A DNA stretch of 41,589 nucleotides from Atractiella rhizophila. Taxonomy: Eukaryota. The translations under genes and the position numbers were made by a program. Shown here piece after piece: positions 22,640 to 35,725 of the stretch; within the stretch, counting starts at the first letter, position 1; each line of letters opens with the position of its first letter. The notes below the pieces were generated by a model. That model was not told where the DNA came from. It did not search any database and saw nothing but the letters and a program-made list of their open reading frames with translations. The stretch spans positions 1 through 41,589 of the forward strand of contig MU271399.1 of NCBI GenBank assembly GCA_021432655.1, in the 5' to 3' direction.

Positions 22640-24269
22640 ATGGCCAGCGAACTCCCCATCTTCCCTGCCGAGGTCTGGGTCCTCGTAGCGGAGCAACTAC
22701 CTCTTTCTTCGCTCAATATGTTCAATCGAGTGTGCAAAGCCATTCGTACACTCACCACCTCCACGCTTTACCGTACGATACCAGGTTCTCTAGACTATAA
22801 GAAGTCGAGGGCGGCAGTAAGCAGCCTCCTGGAACGACCGGAGTTGCTGAAGCATGTAAAACACCTGGCGCTACACGGAGCAAGGATGGAGGAGGATGAC
22901 AGCATTCATAAGCTGTCCATCAAGTTGTTGAAGAATGCTGTGCTGCAGGAGAATTTGGAGAGTTTCGAATTTGTCTATACCGAAGAGACACATGGAGGTG
23001 AGTTTATGCTTCCTCAGACATTTCTGGGATACGGGTTGAGAGACTTCCACATAGGATGGTGGCATTCGGAAGATCTTCTGAAGGACAATATTATATGGGA
23101 AGCGATTGAGGAAGGGAACTTCCCTCGACTGGAACATCTGACGGTGCGAGAGTGCCCCTATGGATCCGACGAGCACCGTCCTTCGGTGCGTGTTTGTTTT
23201 GGACTCCGGTATAGTATTGATCACGGTCATTTTATAGTTGTACGATCTCACTTTTTGGAAAAAGATACAGTTCAGTACTCATGCCTATATGTTTGACGAT
23301 TGTAGGTCTACTCACTCTGTAGCACTTTGTGAAGAGGGTAATGAGGGCACAGTGGATGAGTCGCCATACACCAGCGACATGTTTACCTGGCTTGCTGCTA
23401 ACGAATCTCTCACTTTCCTCGATCTCGAACTTCGTTTTGACGACGGCGCGGCGACAAAGGATTGTACATCCATTGTTGACCTTTTGACATCAGCTAACTG
23501 GCCAGCTTTGGTTGATCTTTCCTTCTCTGGAGCGTACTGCGATGATGCGGACATGGTAGAAGAGGAATTTGGATACGGCCCTTCTTCTTCAGTCCGCGAC
23601 TTCCTCCTCAAACATCCTCAGCTCCGACGACTCAAGATTACGTCCTGTCCTCAGTGTGATTTTCAGGGCCCCCAAACAGTCCCTCTCGCTGGCATACCGA
23701 GTGGAGCACTACCCAATCTCGAATATTTCGCAGGAATCAGGGACGGCGTTGAAGACCTTGCGAAAGCAGGTTTGGCCAATCTGAAGGAAGTCGTCCTGGT
23801 GGATGATTTCTCCGGTATGGGCTGGCAAGATGAACAGCATCCTCCTCCTGGAGAGACATTCGCGAATGCTATTTCAAGCCTTGCAAAACTCGAAGTTCTC
23901 GAAGTCGACCTGTCTTACGAGGACTACGACTCGGAGGACGAACCAGAGGACGCTAGAGCAATCTGTCACCGTATCGCACAGGCGAGCTCGAGCTTGAAGA
24001 AGTTGATATTGAGAGGGGTCAGCGACAAGGAAACGATTGAAAACGTTATCAACGCTTTTCGTGGACATGCCAGCTTGGAGATTTTGGAGTTCAAGGGGAG
24101 CTTCATTCCATACTCTGGGGATGCAAGAGACGCCGTGGATACCTTGATGTCTGATATCAAGAAGGTGTTGGGAGAAGGGAGCGGACATTTACAAACAGTA
24201 ATCCTCCGTCAAGAGAATCGCTACAGTTGGATCATTATTCCTGCCGATTTCTTTATCGTAACTGTATAG
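22640..24269 (+). CDS. F-box / RNI-like LRR protein (one intron)
   Basis: LPIFPAEVWVLVAEQLPLSSLNMFNRVCKAIRTLTTSTLYRTI (F-box); LRR units FPRLEHLTVR, WPALVDLSFS, HPQLRRLKIT, LPNLEYF, LAKLEVLEVD. Intron ~23187-23270 joins the two ORFs. Start is 22622 or 22640. Confidence 0.85.
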
Positions 24270-24411
24270 CTTGTGCAGTGCATGAGCCGATACTTTGTAC
24301 CCTTGCAAACAATCGATGTCTTTTCAGCTTTCAGAATTGCAGCACAAGTTGGGTACACCTTCGCAATAGTGATGGTTTGGCCAAGGTTGTTAGGAAGACC
24401 TGTGGAACCAA

Positions 24412-24417
24412 ACGCGT
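24412..24417 (+). promoter_or_regulatory. MCB (MluI cell-cycle box, ACGCGT) candidate upstream of POL2
   Basis: ACGCGT starts 30 nt upstream of the POL2 ATG, with a second copy at 24451-24456. MCB elements drive G1/S expression of replication genes in yeasts. Confidence 0.45.
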
Positions 24418-24441
24418 CGAAATAAATCCAACACATTCGTG

Positions 24442-27400
24442 ATGCCAAACACGCGTTTTCGAGGTGGAAACAAGCCCAACGTTCGTGGGAGGGGAAGGGG
24501 AAGAGGTTATGGACGTGGTAGAGGACGAGGCGGCAGTTCAGGAGGCACCAACGTTGGCGGAGAAAAGGTGCAGCTCGAGACCCAAGATGGAACAAATACC
24601 TCGGAGCGGTTGGAGGACGCTTTAGCTAGAGATGCCTTGGATGAAGAGTTGGGGTACAAAAAGTGGGAGGGTGGCGCTGAAACTGAGAGAGTAGGCTGGC
24701 TCGTTGATATGCAGCCTGTGCGTTTTTCGTTACCAGTGACAGGAAATGGGTAGTGATGAGGCCGACGTGTAGAGCATGATCAAAACTGAGGGAGAAACGG
24801 CGAGTGGAAGAGCCGCTGTCGACTACTATTTCCTCACCGATTCTGGATCCTCCTTCAAAGTTACTGTGCCCTACGAGGCATATTTCTACGTCGTGGCGAA
24901 GAAAGGTTATGAAGCGGCAGTTGAAGAGTACCTTCTCAAGCGTTACGAAGATCACATTGTCCGAATCACTCGCGAGCGGAAACTAGACCTTGACATACCC
25001 AACCATTTGTTGTCGGCGCCACCAACTCTCCTCAAGCTGCACTTCTCCACGATCAGGTCTCTCCTTGCTGTACGGAGGGAGTTACTGCCTTTGGCAGCTA
25101 CCAATTTGAGTAAAGTGGACGCCGTGGACGCATACGCTGAGATGCTTGGTGGAGGTGGCAGCTCTGGTGTGGACGTTGCGATGGAGATTGAGGTGGAGCT
25201 TGAAGATGGAGTTGTCACTGGAAGAACGGGGGAAAGAAATCTGGATCCACAGGAATGCATAATGGAGCTGCGAGAATATGACGTCCCTTACTATCTGCGA
25301 GTAGCTATTGATCTTAGTGGGTTCTTTGTGCACCTTTTTTACTGGACTCTGAATGGGACTGTAGACATGCGAGTTGGGCTATGGTATACGATCACAATCC
25401 TCACCACCAATCCTACGCCCACGTTCAAGCTCATCAAAGAACGAGTCGATCGTGCGGACCCCGTGGTACTTGCATACGATATCGAGACCACTAAAGCGCC
25501 TCTTAAATTTCCGGACGTGAACGTAGACAGGATAATGATGATATCTTACATGGTCGACGGGCAAGGATACCTTATTACCAATCGCGAGATCGTCTCTGAG
25601 GACATTGCCGATTTTGAATATACCCCAAAGCCAGAATATGAAGGGCTGTTTCAAGTGTTCAACGAGCCCGACGAGGAGCAGGTCATTAAGAGGTGCACAT
25701 TTTCCTGCGTAATACAAGTGCTAGATACTCACGTCACGACTCTGTTAGGTTCTTTTCAGAGGTCAGAAATCATAGACCAAGCGTCATGGTCACTTACAAC
25801 GGAGACTTCTTTGATTTCCCCTTTGTCTGTGACCGCGCCAAAATCCTAGGAATCGATATGTTGAAGGAGATTGGAATGATGAAAGACAACGAAGGAGAGT
25901 TCAAGGGTCGGGGGAGAATTCACATGGATTGCTTTCGGTTCGTATATTCTTCCTCTATAGTCGTTCATTGATGAAGCATGGGAAGATGGGTCAAACGAGA
26001 CTCGTACCTTCCGCAAGGAAGTCAGGGCTTGAAGGCTGTCACAGTCGCAAAGTTGGGATATAATCCTATTGAATTGGATCCAGAACTGATGACACCGTGG
26101 GTTCTCTCCTAAGATTTGCCAATTGTTGACATAAGCACAGGTATGCCTTGGAACAACCTCAGATTCTCGCGCGATATTCCGTTTCAGATGCTGTGGCGAC
26201 CTACTACCTCTACATGAAATATGTTCACCCATTTATTTTCTCCCTCTGTAACATCATCCCGCTCAACCCGGACGAGGTCTTGCGTAAAGGCAGCGGTACA
26301 TTGTGCGAGACTTTACTAATGGTTTGTTCGCAATTCCTGTGCCTTTGCATAGATTGACAAGGAGTAGGTGGAGGCATATCGAGCGGAGATCATCATGCCA
26401 AATCGACATCAAGAAGCCACGACGAACATGTTCGAGGGTCACTTGTTGGAAAGTGAGACTTATGTAGGAGGGCATGTCGAAGCTCTCGAGGCTGGAGTGT
26501 TCAGAAGCGACATCCCTGCAGATTTCAGGATCGTTCCAGCTGCTTGTCAAGAGGTATGCTTTTTATCATTGTCTGGACACGATATTAATGCCAGCTTAGT
26601 TAATCGATGAAGTCGACGAAGCCCTACGCTTTGCTATCGTTGAAGAATCAAAGGTCGAGCTGTCCAGTGTCGTCAACTACGACGATGTCCGCTCTAGGAT
26701 CATATCTGCCCTAGAAGAGCTTCGAGACCATCCACTGTGCTCGCACAAGCCACTCATCTACCACCTCGATGTCGCCGCTATGTACCCGAACATCATGTTG
26801 TCAAACCGTCTCCAACCAGACGCTATTGTCTCTGAGGCGACCTGCGCCGCCTGCGACTACAATCGTCCAGGCAAGAAGTGTGATCGCAGAATGGAGTGGG
26901 CTTGGAGAGGAGAATTCTTTCCCGCCAAATTGGACGAGTTCAAGATGGTCCGCAATGCGCTCGAACAGGAAATGTTTCCTCCCAAATATCCTGGACGACC
27001 TCAGAGACGATTTAATGAGCTGTCGCCATCGGAGCAAACTACGCTGCTTCATAAACGCCTCGGCGACTATTCCACTAAAGTCTACAAGAAAAGGCATGAC
27101 AACAAGGTCGAGGTTAGAGAGGCGATTATTTGTCAACGCGAGCATTCCTTCTACACAGATACAGTGCGAAACTTCAGGGATCGTCGATATGTCTACAAAG
27201 GTGAACACAAAAAGTGGAAGAAGAACCTGGACGCTGCAGTGGAGAAGGGTGCGGGTATAGACGAAGTGCTGGAAGCTAAAAAGATGATTGTCCTGTTCGA
27301 CTCCCTCCAGCTTGCTCACAAGTGTATTCTCAACTCTTTCTACGGATATGTCATGCGGAAAGGAGCAAGGTGGCATTCGATGGAAATGGCTGGAATTACT

Positions 27401-30400
27401 TGCTTGACCGGAGCAAGGATCATCCAGATGGCGCGGACACTGGTTGAGCAGATCGGTCGACCCCTTGAGCTGGACACGGATGGGATCTGGTGCATGCTTC
27501 CAGGCACCTTCCCGGACAAGTTTTCTTTTGAGCTTTCGAGCGGGAAGAAACTTGGAATTTCGTATCCTTGTACAATGCTCAATCATCGTGTCCACAAGAG
27601 CTTCACGAACCATCAATACCACGACCTCAAGGACCCGGCTCGCGGCATCTACTCCGTTCGTTCTGAAAACTCCATTTTCTTCGAGCTCGACGGTCCCTAC
27701 CGCGCAATGATCCTGCCAAGTTCGAAAGAGGAGGATAAGCTATTAAAAAAGCGCTATGCGGTATTCGAAGAGGATGGTTCTTTAGCGGAGCTGAAAGGAT
27801 TTGAGGTGAAAAGAAGGGGAGAATTACAACTTATCAAAATCTTCCAAACTCAAATCTTCGAAAAGTTCCTCCTGGGCGACACCTTGAAGGAATGCTACTC
27901 CGCCGTTGCCGTAGTCGCCAATCAATGGCTCAATGTCCTGACGTCGAAGGCTTCCACTTTGGAAGATGAAGAATTGGTGGAACTCATCGCAGAGAATCGA
28001 AGCATGTCAAAGACGCTTGCAGAATACGCTGGCCAGAAATCAACCTCGATTAGCACGGCTAAGCGGCTCGCTGAATTCCTGGGAGACCAGATGGTGAAAG
28101 ACAAAGGTCTCGCTTGCAAATTCATCATATCCGCCAAACCGCTAGGAGCTCCGGTTGCAGAACGAGCTGTCCCCGTTGCTATCTTCTCTGCGGAGTCTAG
28201 CGTCAAGAAACACTTTCTCCGAAAGTGGTTGAAGGACAATGGTCTCGTCAACTTCGACATCCGAGCAATTCTCGACTGGGATTACTATATCGAGCGACTC
28301 AGCTCAGTCATTCAAAAGCTCATCACCATCCCAGCTGCGATGCAGAAAGTCCCAAACCCCGTTCCTCGAGTTCCACATCCGGACTGGCTCATGAAGCGAG
28401 TGACAAATCAAGGAGATCGGTTCAAGCAGCAGAGATTAGGTGATATGTTCGCAAAGCAGCAACTCGTTGCGAACGAGCCAGGTTTTGTCGCACGTCCTCT
28501 CATCCCCAGGGCACAAAAGCCAGTCATGCAGTCGGCTGTCGAGATCAATACGGAGGAGTCAACTCAGCGTGCCAAAGCCAAGCTGTGGACCAATTATCGC
28601 AAAGCTGTCGAATTACTCAAACCTGTCTGGAGAAAGGAGCTTGAGGGAAAAAAACAAACAAATCCTCGAATAAGGAGAGCTGGCCAGATCGGCAGTCTTT
28701 TCCACGAACAGTCCGCATCCATGGCTTCGAAAACGTGGGAAATCATACAGATGACGCCCTCGGACAGGACTCCAGGAGAGTACAAGATGTGGCTACTCAT
28801 CAATGACACACTTCAGTGCCTTCGGCTTCGTATTCCTCGAGAATTCTATGTCAATTTTCGACAACTCCCCGTCAATTCTGTCTGGCCAGATTCTTGCGTC
28901 CACGAAAGTCTCGTTAGGACATTACCACGTTCTCAGAAAGCTATCGACTTCGTTAAAGTTTCTCTTCCGGAACAAGTCTTCGTTAAACAGGAGGCCGACT
29001 TTTTCGAGCTTTTGAATAATCCTGACGTTGACGGAGTGTACGAGCTGCAGGTTCCGCTTATCGTCCGAGCTCTTTTACGTCTGGGCACAAGGTGCGAGGT
29101 AGCCTCAGGCAGCAGCACCCTTTTGAGTAAGGGCCTAAGTCACGGCTTCGACTTGTACGAGTTAGATAAGGCAACCTCTTCATCGCGCCGAAAGTATCTC
29201 CAAGAAGGAAGGGCTGTGCGATATGCGTGGTTATACCACGTTTCCAACAACAAGGATCTTCACATTTTTAGTCTCATCGTTCCTCAGGGGTCCTATTCGC
29301 GAGTCTTTATCGTTGACCCTCGAAAACAAAAGTCTGTTCCGAATCTCACCAAATATTATGCAGAGCGATTGGCTGCCTTAGGAGAAGAGTCCAATACTGG
29401 GGCTTTCGACTATCCCGACGATCTGAATATCATCGTTGATGTCTATGCCACTGAAAGTGACGCGCTCAAAGCCCTCGTGAAGGATATTCAACGGTTGCCA
29501 AGCTTGAAATCTGGTCCGAACGTTTTCGTCATCCATTCGTCCAAGCAACAATCCTACTATGAAGACTTTATCCCCAACTTCCCCATCATCATGCACCACG
29601 CCAACAAAAGTGACAACGCCTTTGGTCTTCAGTGGCAAGCCGATCTCACACGACGGATGATTGATCACTATCTCCATGTCTCTAAATGGCTTAAGGACTA
29701 CATTCAAATTGCAGAGCGATTCGAGGTTCCGGTGGGAAATATCGAGCAGGACTGGGCTCTGTTTCTCGCGGACATTGAATTTGCTCGAAGACTTTCGAAA
29801 GCCGACATGATTCTTTGGTGGTCTTCATCATCTCGACCGGATCTGGGAGGACGAGAAGCTGATTCCAATTCCCAGCAATCTCACGAGGAACTGTTGCCCC
29901 CAGAAGTGTCGTATCCGGGTTGCTACTCCAATGCGACTGTCGAGGTGGACCTGCGGGATTTGGCTCTTGATGCTCTCCTCCAATCTTCCCTGGTATACGA
30001 GCTGGATGGAACAGAAGGATCAGCCATCGGCTTTGACACAGCCTCCCACAATCTGGATCAATACGCTAAAGGTTCCACCAGTGCCTCGATTGAGTTAGGA
30101 GACGCCAGTGTTCCCGCACAAACCCTTTCCCTCCTGAAGTCACTGGTGAGGGAATGGTGGAATGATGGCTGTAAACCAGAGGGATGGCAGTCTCGGCATC
30201 TCTGCAGCAACTTACTCCGATGGCTCAGCTCCTCTTCTAGTCAAATGTTCGATCCTGCAATACATCGATTCCTTCATGGACTCATGCGCAAAACATTCTC
30301 TCGACTCCTCGCTGAATTCAAACGTTTGGGTTCACATCCGGTTTATGCTGATTTCAGTCGAATTTGGCTCGCCACGAATAAGCCTACAGTTGAAAGTGCC

Positions 30401-31602
30401 TACGCATACGGGACCTACATTGTAACGGCAGTCAACGATCGAGAAATCTTCAAGTATCTCAATATGAGCGTTCTCCGCTTTTGGGATCAGTTGGTCTGGC
30501 TGGATAGCGCCAACTTCGCTGGTGTGATCTCCGACCTAGAGGAGAAGGAAGCGGGCGGCGAGTCTCAAGAAGGCGGTTATGAAAGCGTGACAAGGGTAGA
30601 CGCCCGATGGAACATCGCGACATTCCTTCCACCTGCGGTTCAGTCATCATTTCTCAAAGTGGTTTCCGACTTTGTGCACGGTCTCTATCAAATCAAATGC
30701 AACTCTGCCGACAATGAACGCACACCTCTCAAGGTGATGCTGCAAAACGCAAGTCAAACACATCCTAATCAAGAGAAGAAGGCCGCCGTGGACAAAATGC
30801 GCGAATTCATCGCTGGGCGCTTAACGAGGCACATGTTGGAGAGGGTCAACGCTCTGGATAAAGCGTACGCCGATTCGGCCGTTGATCCTGAGCTGCGAGA
30901 ATCCTTCGAATTCCCAATTCTTCCTGGATCCTACCTCAAGTTGAAAAAACCGGTGCTCGAGTTTATCAAATTCGTCTGCGCCGTTTTTAGCCTTGCGAAG
31001 GACGTAAATCAAGAGGTTCTGGTGCTCAAGAAAAATTGTCTTGAGTTAATCGGAGTCAAAGAGTTCGCGTCTGAGGCTCATTTTCGGAACCCTTGTCTTG
31101 GAATAAAAGGCACGATAGTCATTTGCAATCATTGCAATGAAGGAAGAGTGCTGGATCTTTGTCGAGATCCAGAATTAGTCCTCAATGGAAACAGGCCAGG
31201 GAACACGGGGTGGAACTGGTGAGTCCATTATTCAGTTCTATGGACTGCTTAGACTGAGGCTTGAACAGCCTTCGATGTGCCCATCCTTACGATCGCACTC
31301 TTGTTGAAACGAATCTCATCACCTCACTCCTTACTCAGCTTGCAGCATACCAACAATCGGATCTTCGCTGTACGCGTTGCAACCAAATGAAAGTTGGCAG
31401 TCTCGAGCAGAACTGTCACTGTTCCGGTCCCTTCGCCATAGACTCTGGTGTTGGGGTGAAGAAGGGAGAGGGAGGCAAACTGGCTGTGATATCCAGGCTG
31501 AAGGTGCTAAAAGGAGTCGCGCAGTGGTATCGGATGAGCTTGCTTGAAGATGTTGTGGATGATGTGGAGGAGGGCATAACCAAGGAGGTTTCAAGTTCAT
31601 GA
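24442..31602 (+). CDS. POL2: DNA polymerase epsilon catalytic subunit A
   Basis: REYDVPY; Exo[66 protein letters not shown]; Cys[36 protein letters not shown]-terminal CysA (CNHC..C|LRC) and CysB (DLRCTRC..CHC). Several 5' introns plus one near the 3' end. Confidence 0.99.
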
Positions 31603-31858
31603 CCTCTGTTGGCACTGTATTCTTCGTGTTTCAAAATTCGTAAATTGTTTTCTTGCGTTATTTTCTATGCTTGTCATCCAATGTAATGTACGTCTCGCAT
31701 CGCAAGTACCAAATGCCTAGAATCAGCCTGCTGCTTGGTTGTAGTTGTCCACTCAATGTTGTCGCCTCAACGTGTCAATCGACGAAACGACGAATTTCCT
31801 GTTTGGCACCGTCCTGCAGCTCTCATTCTTATCCTTATTTCTCAAGTAGCTTTTCGGT

Positions 31859-33040
31859 ATGGCTACACGCAGAGGCCAGCAGTACCAGGCGCCGCCTTCC
31901 CCTTTCCCAACTTCCCCATACCATACCTCCATAAATCCGAATTTTGGACCGCCTCCTGCAGAAGGACCGCTCGAGACTGTCAAGCAGTTTACGTCCAAGG
32001 TGGAGGACCTTATAGACTTCTATGGACACCCTGTTAAGCCTTACGTCCCGGGATTGGGGAGGTTTTTGATCATCGTGACGTTTCTTGAGGACGCACTGAG
32101 AATCATAACTCAGTGGGGGGATCAACTCTATTTTCTTCAGGTGAGCCGTTTCAGCCTGTTGATTTGTGAGGGAGTGTGAACCTGCTTGTTAGCGCCACCG
32201 CAACTTTCCATGGGGACTCTCACACCTGTTCCTGACAGTAAACGTTGTTGTAAGTTCACCCGTTTCAGTTTCTATGCTGGAGAGCTAAGAAGAACTTCGT
32301 AGGCTATGTTGGCGGGATCCTTCTTTGTTGTGCGGAGGCAACGACAGGAGATAGCAGTTGGAGCTCTCTTAGCGGTGGTCATCGCACAAGGCTTCGGTTA
32401 TGGCCTCATCTTCGACCTCAATTTCTTCCTTCGGAACCTTTCCGTTGTCGGTGGACTTCTCATGGTTCTTTCCGACTCGTTGTCTAAGAATCGTTCTCTC
32501 TTTGCTGGCATCCCGTCCCTCGAGCTCAACGAGTCAGACCGAAGAAAGTACTTCCAGCTGGCGGGACGTATTCTCCTCATCTTCCTCTTCATCGGATTCG
32601 TCATCAATGGGAAACTTACTCTTTTCAAGATCTTTGTTTCCCTCATTGGGCTTGTTGCCTGCGTCATGGTTGCGGTCGGTTTCAAGGCCAAATTCTCCGC
32701 TGTCTTCCTTGTCCTTCTTCTATCTATGTTCAACATTCTCATCAACAACTTCTGGTCCGTCCACAAAAATCACCCACAACGGGATTTCCTCAAGTGCGTC
32801 TTTCCCTCCTATTTTGACCGCCAATTCCTGATGTTGAATGGGAAGGTACGACTTCTTCCAAACGCTCTGTAAGTCTTGGCTTATAGCTGTGATGAGTTCT
32901 TGACATTTCTGCAGCAATTGTTGGCGGACTCATGCTCCTGGCGAATATGGGTGCTGGTGGTTTCTCGGTTGATGAGAGAAAGAAGAACTTTGTAAGTTCG
33001 CCTTGCGCTAGTTTGCATCACCTGACAGCGTTCTTAGTGA
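31859..33040 (+). CDS. ERV29: SURF4/Erv29 ER cargo receptor
   Basis: VKPYVPGLGRFLIIVTFLEDALRIITQWGDQLYFLQ; FFLRNLSVVGGLLMVLSD; YFQLAGRILLIFLFIGF; NNFW..RDFLK|YDFFQTLS|IVGGLMLLANMGAGGFSVDERKKNF, with the stop supplied after intron 32992-33037. Confidence 0.97.
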
Positions 33041-33190
33041 TGGAATGACCAATTGCGACGGCGTGATGTACATTGTACTGCAGATGATTTCAGAAATTCA
33101 TCAGTTACGACTTGCACCACGTCAAAGCAGAATTGAACTTCGAAATTGGGGAAGTTACTGAATGCGACGTGAGCACAAACGAATAAAAAA

Positions 33191-35533
33191 TTATTTGGCA
33201 AGAAATGCGAAGTTCCCGATCTTGTCCTTCCTCTGATAGAGACGTTGTAGTCGTACATCCTTCCCCTCCGTCACGCTCTCCAGCATTGTGAATACCTCTT
33301 GAATCCAAGGATCCTGGTCGTCAACATGTGATCGACCTTGTTCAAGACGCGATAAGACTCTTCTCAATCGGTCCCACTGTTTGCGCTTGATGAAGTTCTT
33401 GCACAGAAATGCATACGTCTTTGGCCTGATGGGAGGAATGGTGCTCTCTAAGGTTTCTATGCATTGTTCGATAGTTCGGCGCTCGAGATTAGAGAATACC
33501 TCTGAGATGATCTCTGGTTCTGAACCCAGCAGCTGGCGTTTCGGCAGAACCGTATACCGGAAGGGCTTCGCTTCGCTGACGCTGCCTTTCGCCTCCATCT
33601 TGTCCAGAAGGAGATCTACATATCGCTGTCCCTCTTCACCCGAGAGCCGAGATAGTCCAACAGTGATCTCGATCCACAACCGAATGTTGATAGTTCCAAG
33701 CGGTATCCCACGATGCTTCATGTCAACGAAGACCTGCAGCGCTTCCAATGGTCGTTTAAAGAGGCAGAATTGACCTATGAAAGGAAGAAAGAGTTCGGGT
33801 TTTGGCCCAAAATTGGTTCGATTTGGACGTTGCTTCGAGGGGAAATTAGCGAGGAGGAATTTGGCATAGTGGATGCGAACATCTGATGCAGTTCTGAGTT
33901 GTCTCAATCGACCGCTGAGTACGAAGGCTTGAACTAATTTGGGCGGCACCACTCTATCGTAATCTGTAACCTCTTGACTCTTCCCATCATCTTCCATGGA
34001 AATCCCTTGCCTTCGAAATCGTTCATTCCAAAACTTTTCAAGGTCATCGTATCGGCGATGACGGAGGTAATAATAAGCGATACCGTGCGCCCAAAGACGA
34101 GTGAAACGAAGAGCGTGGTTTCGGTTGAGCTCGTAGAAGTCACTATACCAGAGGCTTTGGGCACGGCGACCTAATTCCTCACCCACTTGGACCAGACGAG
34201 CGATGCCCATATAATTCACCATACCGCCGTCCTTAACAAGCTCAGATAATCTGACCAAGGCGTTGCTGTAGGCAACACGAGTGCATTCGAGATTTTGGAG
34301 CTCCAGACTCAGCTCTTGGTCGCGTGGGAGATATGTTCTGCTCATATCAACACCTTGCAAGAGCTGTCCTTCCTCCGCTCTGTCGCTGATGAAAGAAGAG
34401 ATCGTTGAGGAAAGTACAAAGAGTTCAATGGAAGGACAAACCTCGTTAATTTAGCCTGAGGGCGATACTTGAGCTGTAATGCTGTAATGCGGTCTACCAG
34501 TTCTGGGCTTTCGGCTGCAGCTTTTTGGGCAAGAAAAGTAAATATGCCGTCGCCAAGATCCATGTATCGGGAGAAACGGCCTAACAGATGTACAGCGAGC
34601 GACCTGCGACCTTTGCTCCAATAGTTGAAGAGTATGGTGTGAGCCCAGACGGCGAATTCATACCGCATTTCGTTCACGTTAACTTCACGTTTCGCGGCCA
34701 TAATCTTCATGCAGTCGTGGAAACAGCGAACAACGAAAGATGGTCTTGCAGCCGATACGAGAAGCTTGAGGGTTGACCGGATTCCAGGAGGGGTGAAACC
34801 TTTCTCTGCCGCCACCAAGATGAGCCGACGCAAGGTCAGATAATCATCTGAATGACGGTCTTGCAGCGTATAAAAAATAGAGGCAAGTTCTTTGAACTGT
34901 GCAGGTCTTCTCACCGGATTCTTTTCCCAAGCTCCAAGATTGTTCAACTGTCCCATAAGCGGTGAAGGCTTCCAATATCGCCATGCGTTGTAGTCCGAAG
35001 GCAGGAGAGAAATCCAATCCAATGCTTTGATGGTATCTTTCGAACATTCGTGCCGTGCTGCTTCGAGAAAGACCCAATCTGCTCGAATATCTGTCGAGGA
35101 GTTGATACAGGAAAGTAAAAAATCGTGTGCATCCTTGAAGTTGTGTTTTGAAACCAGGTCAGCAATGAGCACCCCGACATCGGTGCGGACGTAATTGGAT
35201 GAGGAAGGCACAAGTAACAGTTCCTCAAAAAGTGACATATCGATAGATGGCCCAATCTGGGAATATATTAACCTAATTGCATCTTTTGCCAACAGGACAT
35301 ACCACTTCTTTAGCCTCCAGAGTCTTCAGCCTCAACTGGTCTTCTGAGTGAGAGATGTACCGCTCAAATTTGATATACAGCTTGGCGAGACTGGGGATTC
35401 GAGTACGAGAAATTGTAGAATCATTTTGGAGTCGGATGGGAATATGAAGAGGAAGGGCGAGAGAGTATGCGCGTGATGCCGATGCACGATTTGCGAGCTG
35501 GAGTGGGAGCTTGCTCAGTCGACTCTTGTCCAT
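33191..35533 (-). CDS. Probable mitochondrial pentatricopeptide-repeat (PPR)-like helical-repeat protein
   Basis: Three ORFs join in frame through two GT-AG introns. N-terminal presequence-like MDKSRLSKLPLQLANRASASRAYS; PPR-like units PELFLPFIGQFCLFKRPLEALQVFVDMKHRGI and PKTYAFLCKNFIKRKQWDRLRRVLSRL. Confidence 0.65.
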
Positions 35534-35725
35534 TCGAAAACGGCTGGTATAGCCAATTTGTTAGAACACCAGCGAATGCGACAGACGTACTCACTATTTA
35601 AAGCCTCACTTTTGATACCTCATAAGCCAGGCGCAATTATGTTTGCTGTAGCCGTAGTTGGAAAGTTTTGGAGGTCCGCATTTCAGACCTGACGACACCT
35701 TTGGGGAACGACAGCCCGCAAGCCC

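Noticed and set aside
26801..27622. 273-aa antisense ORF within POL2, and similar antisense ORFs over KIN17, ERV29 and the F-box genes
   Set aside because: Shadow ORFs of well-supported genes; no recognisable motifs.
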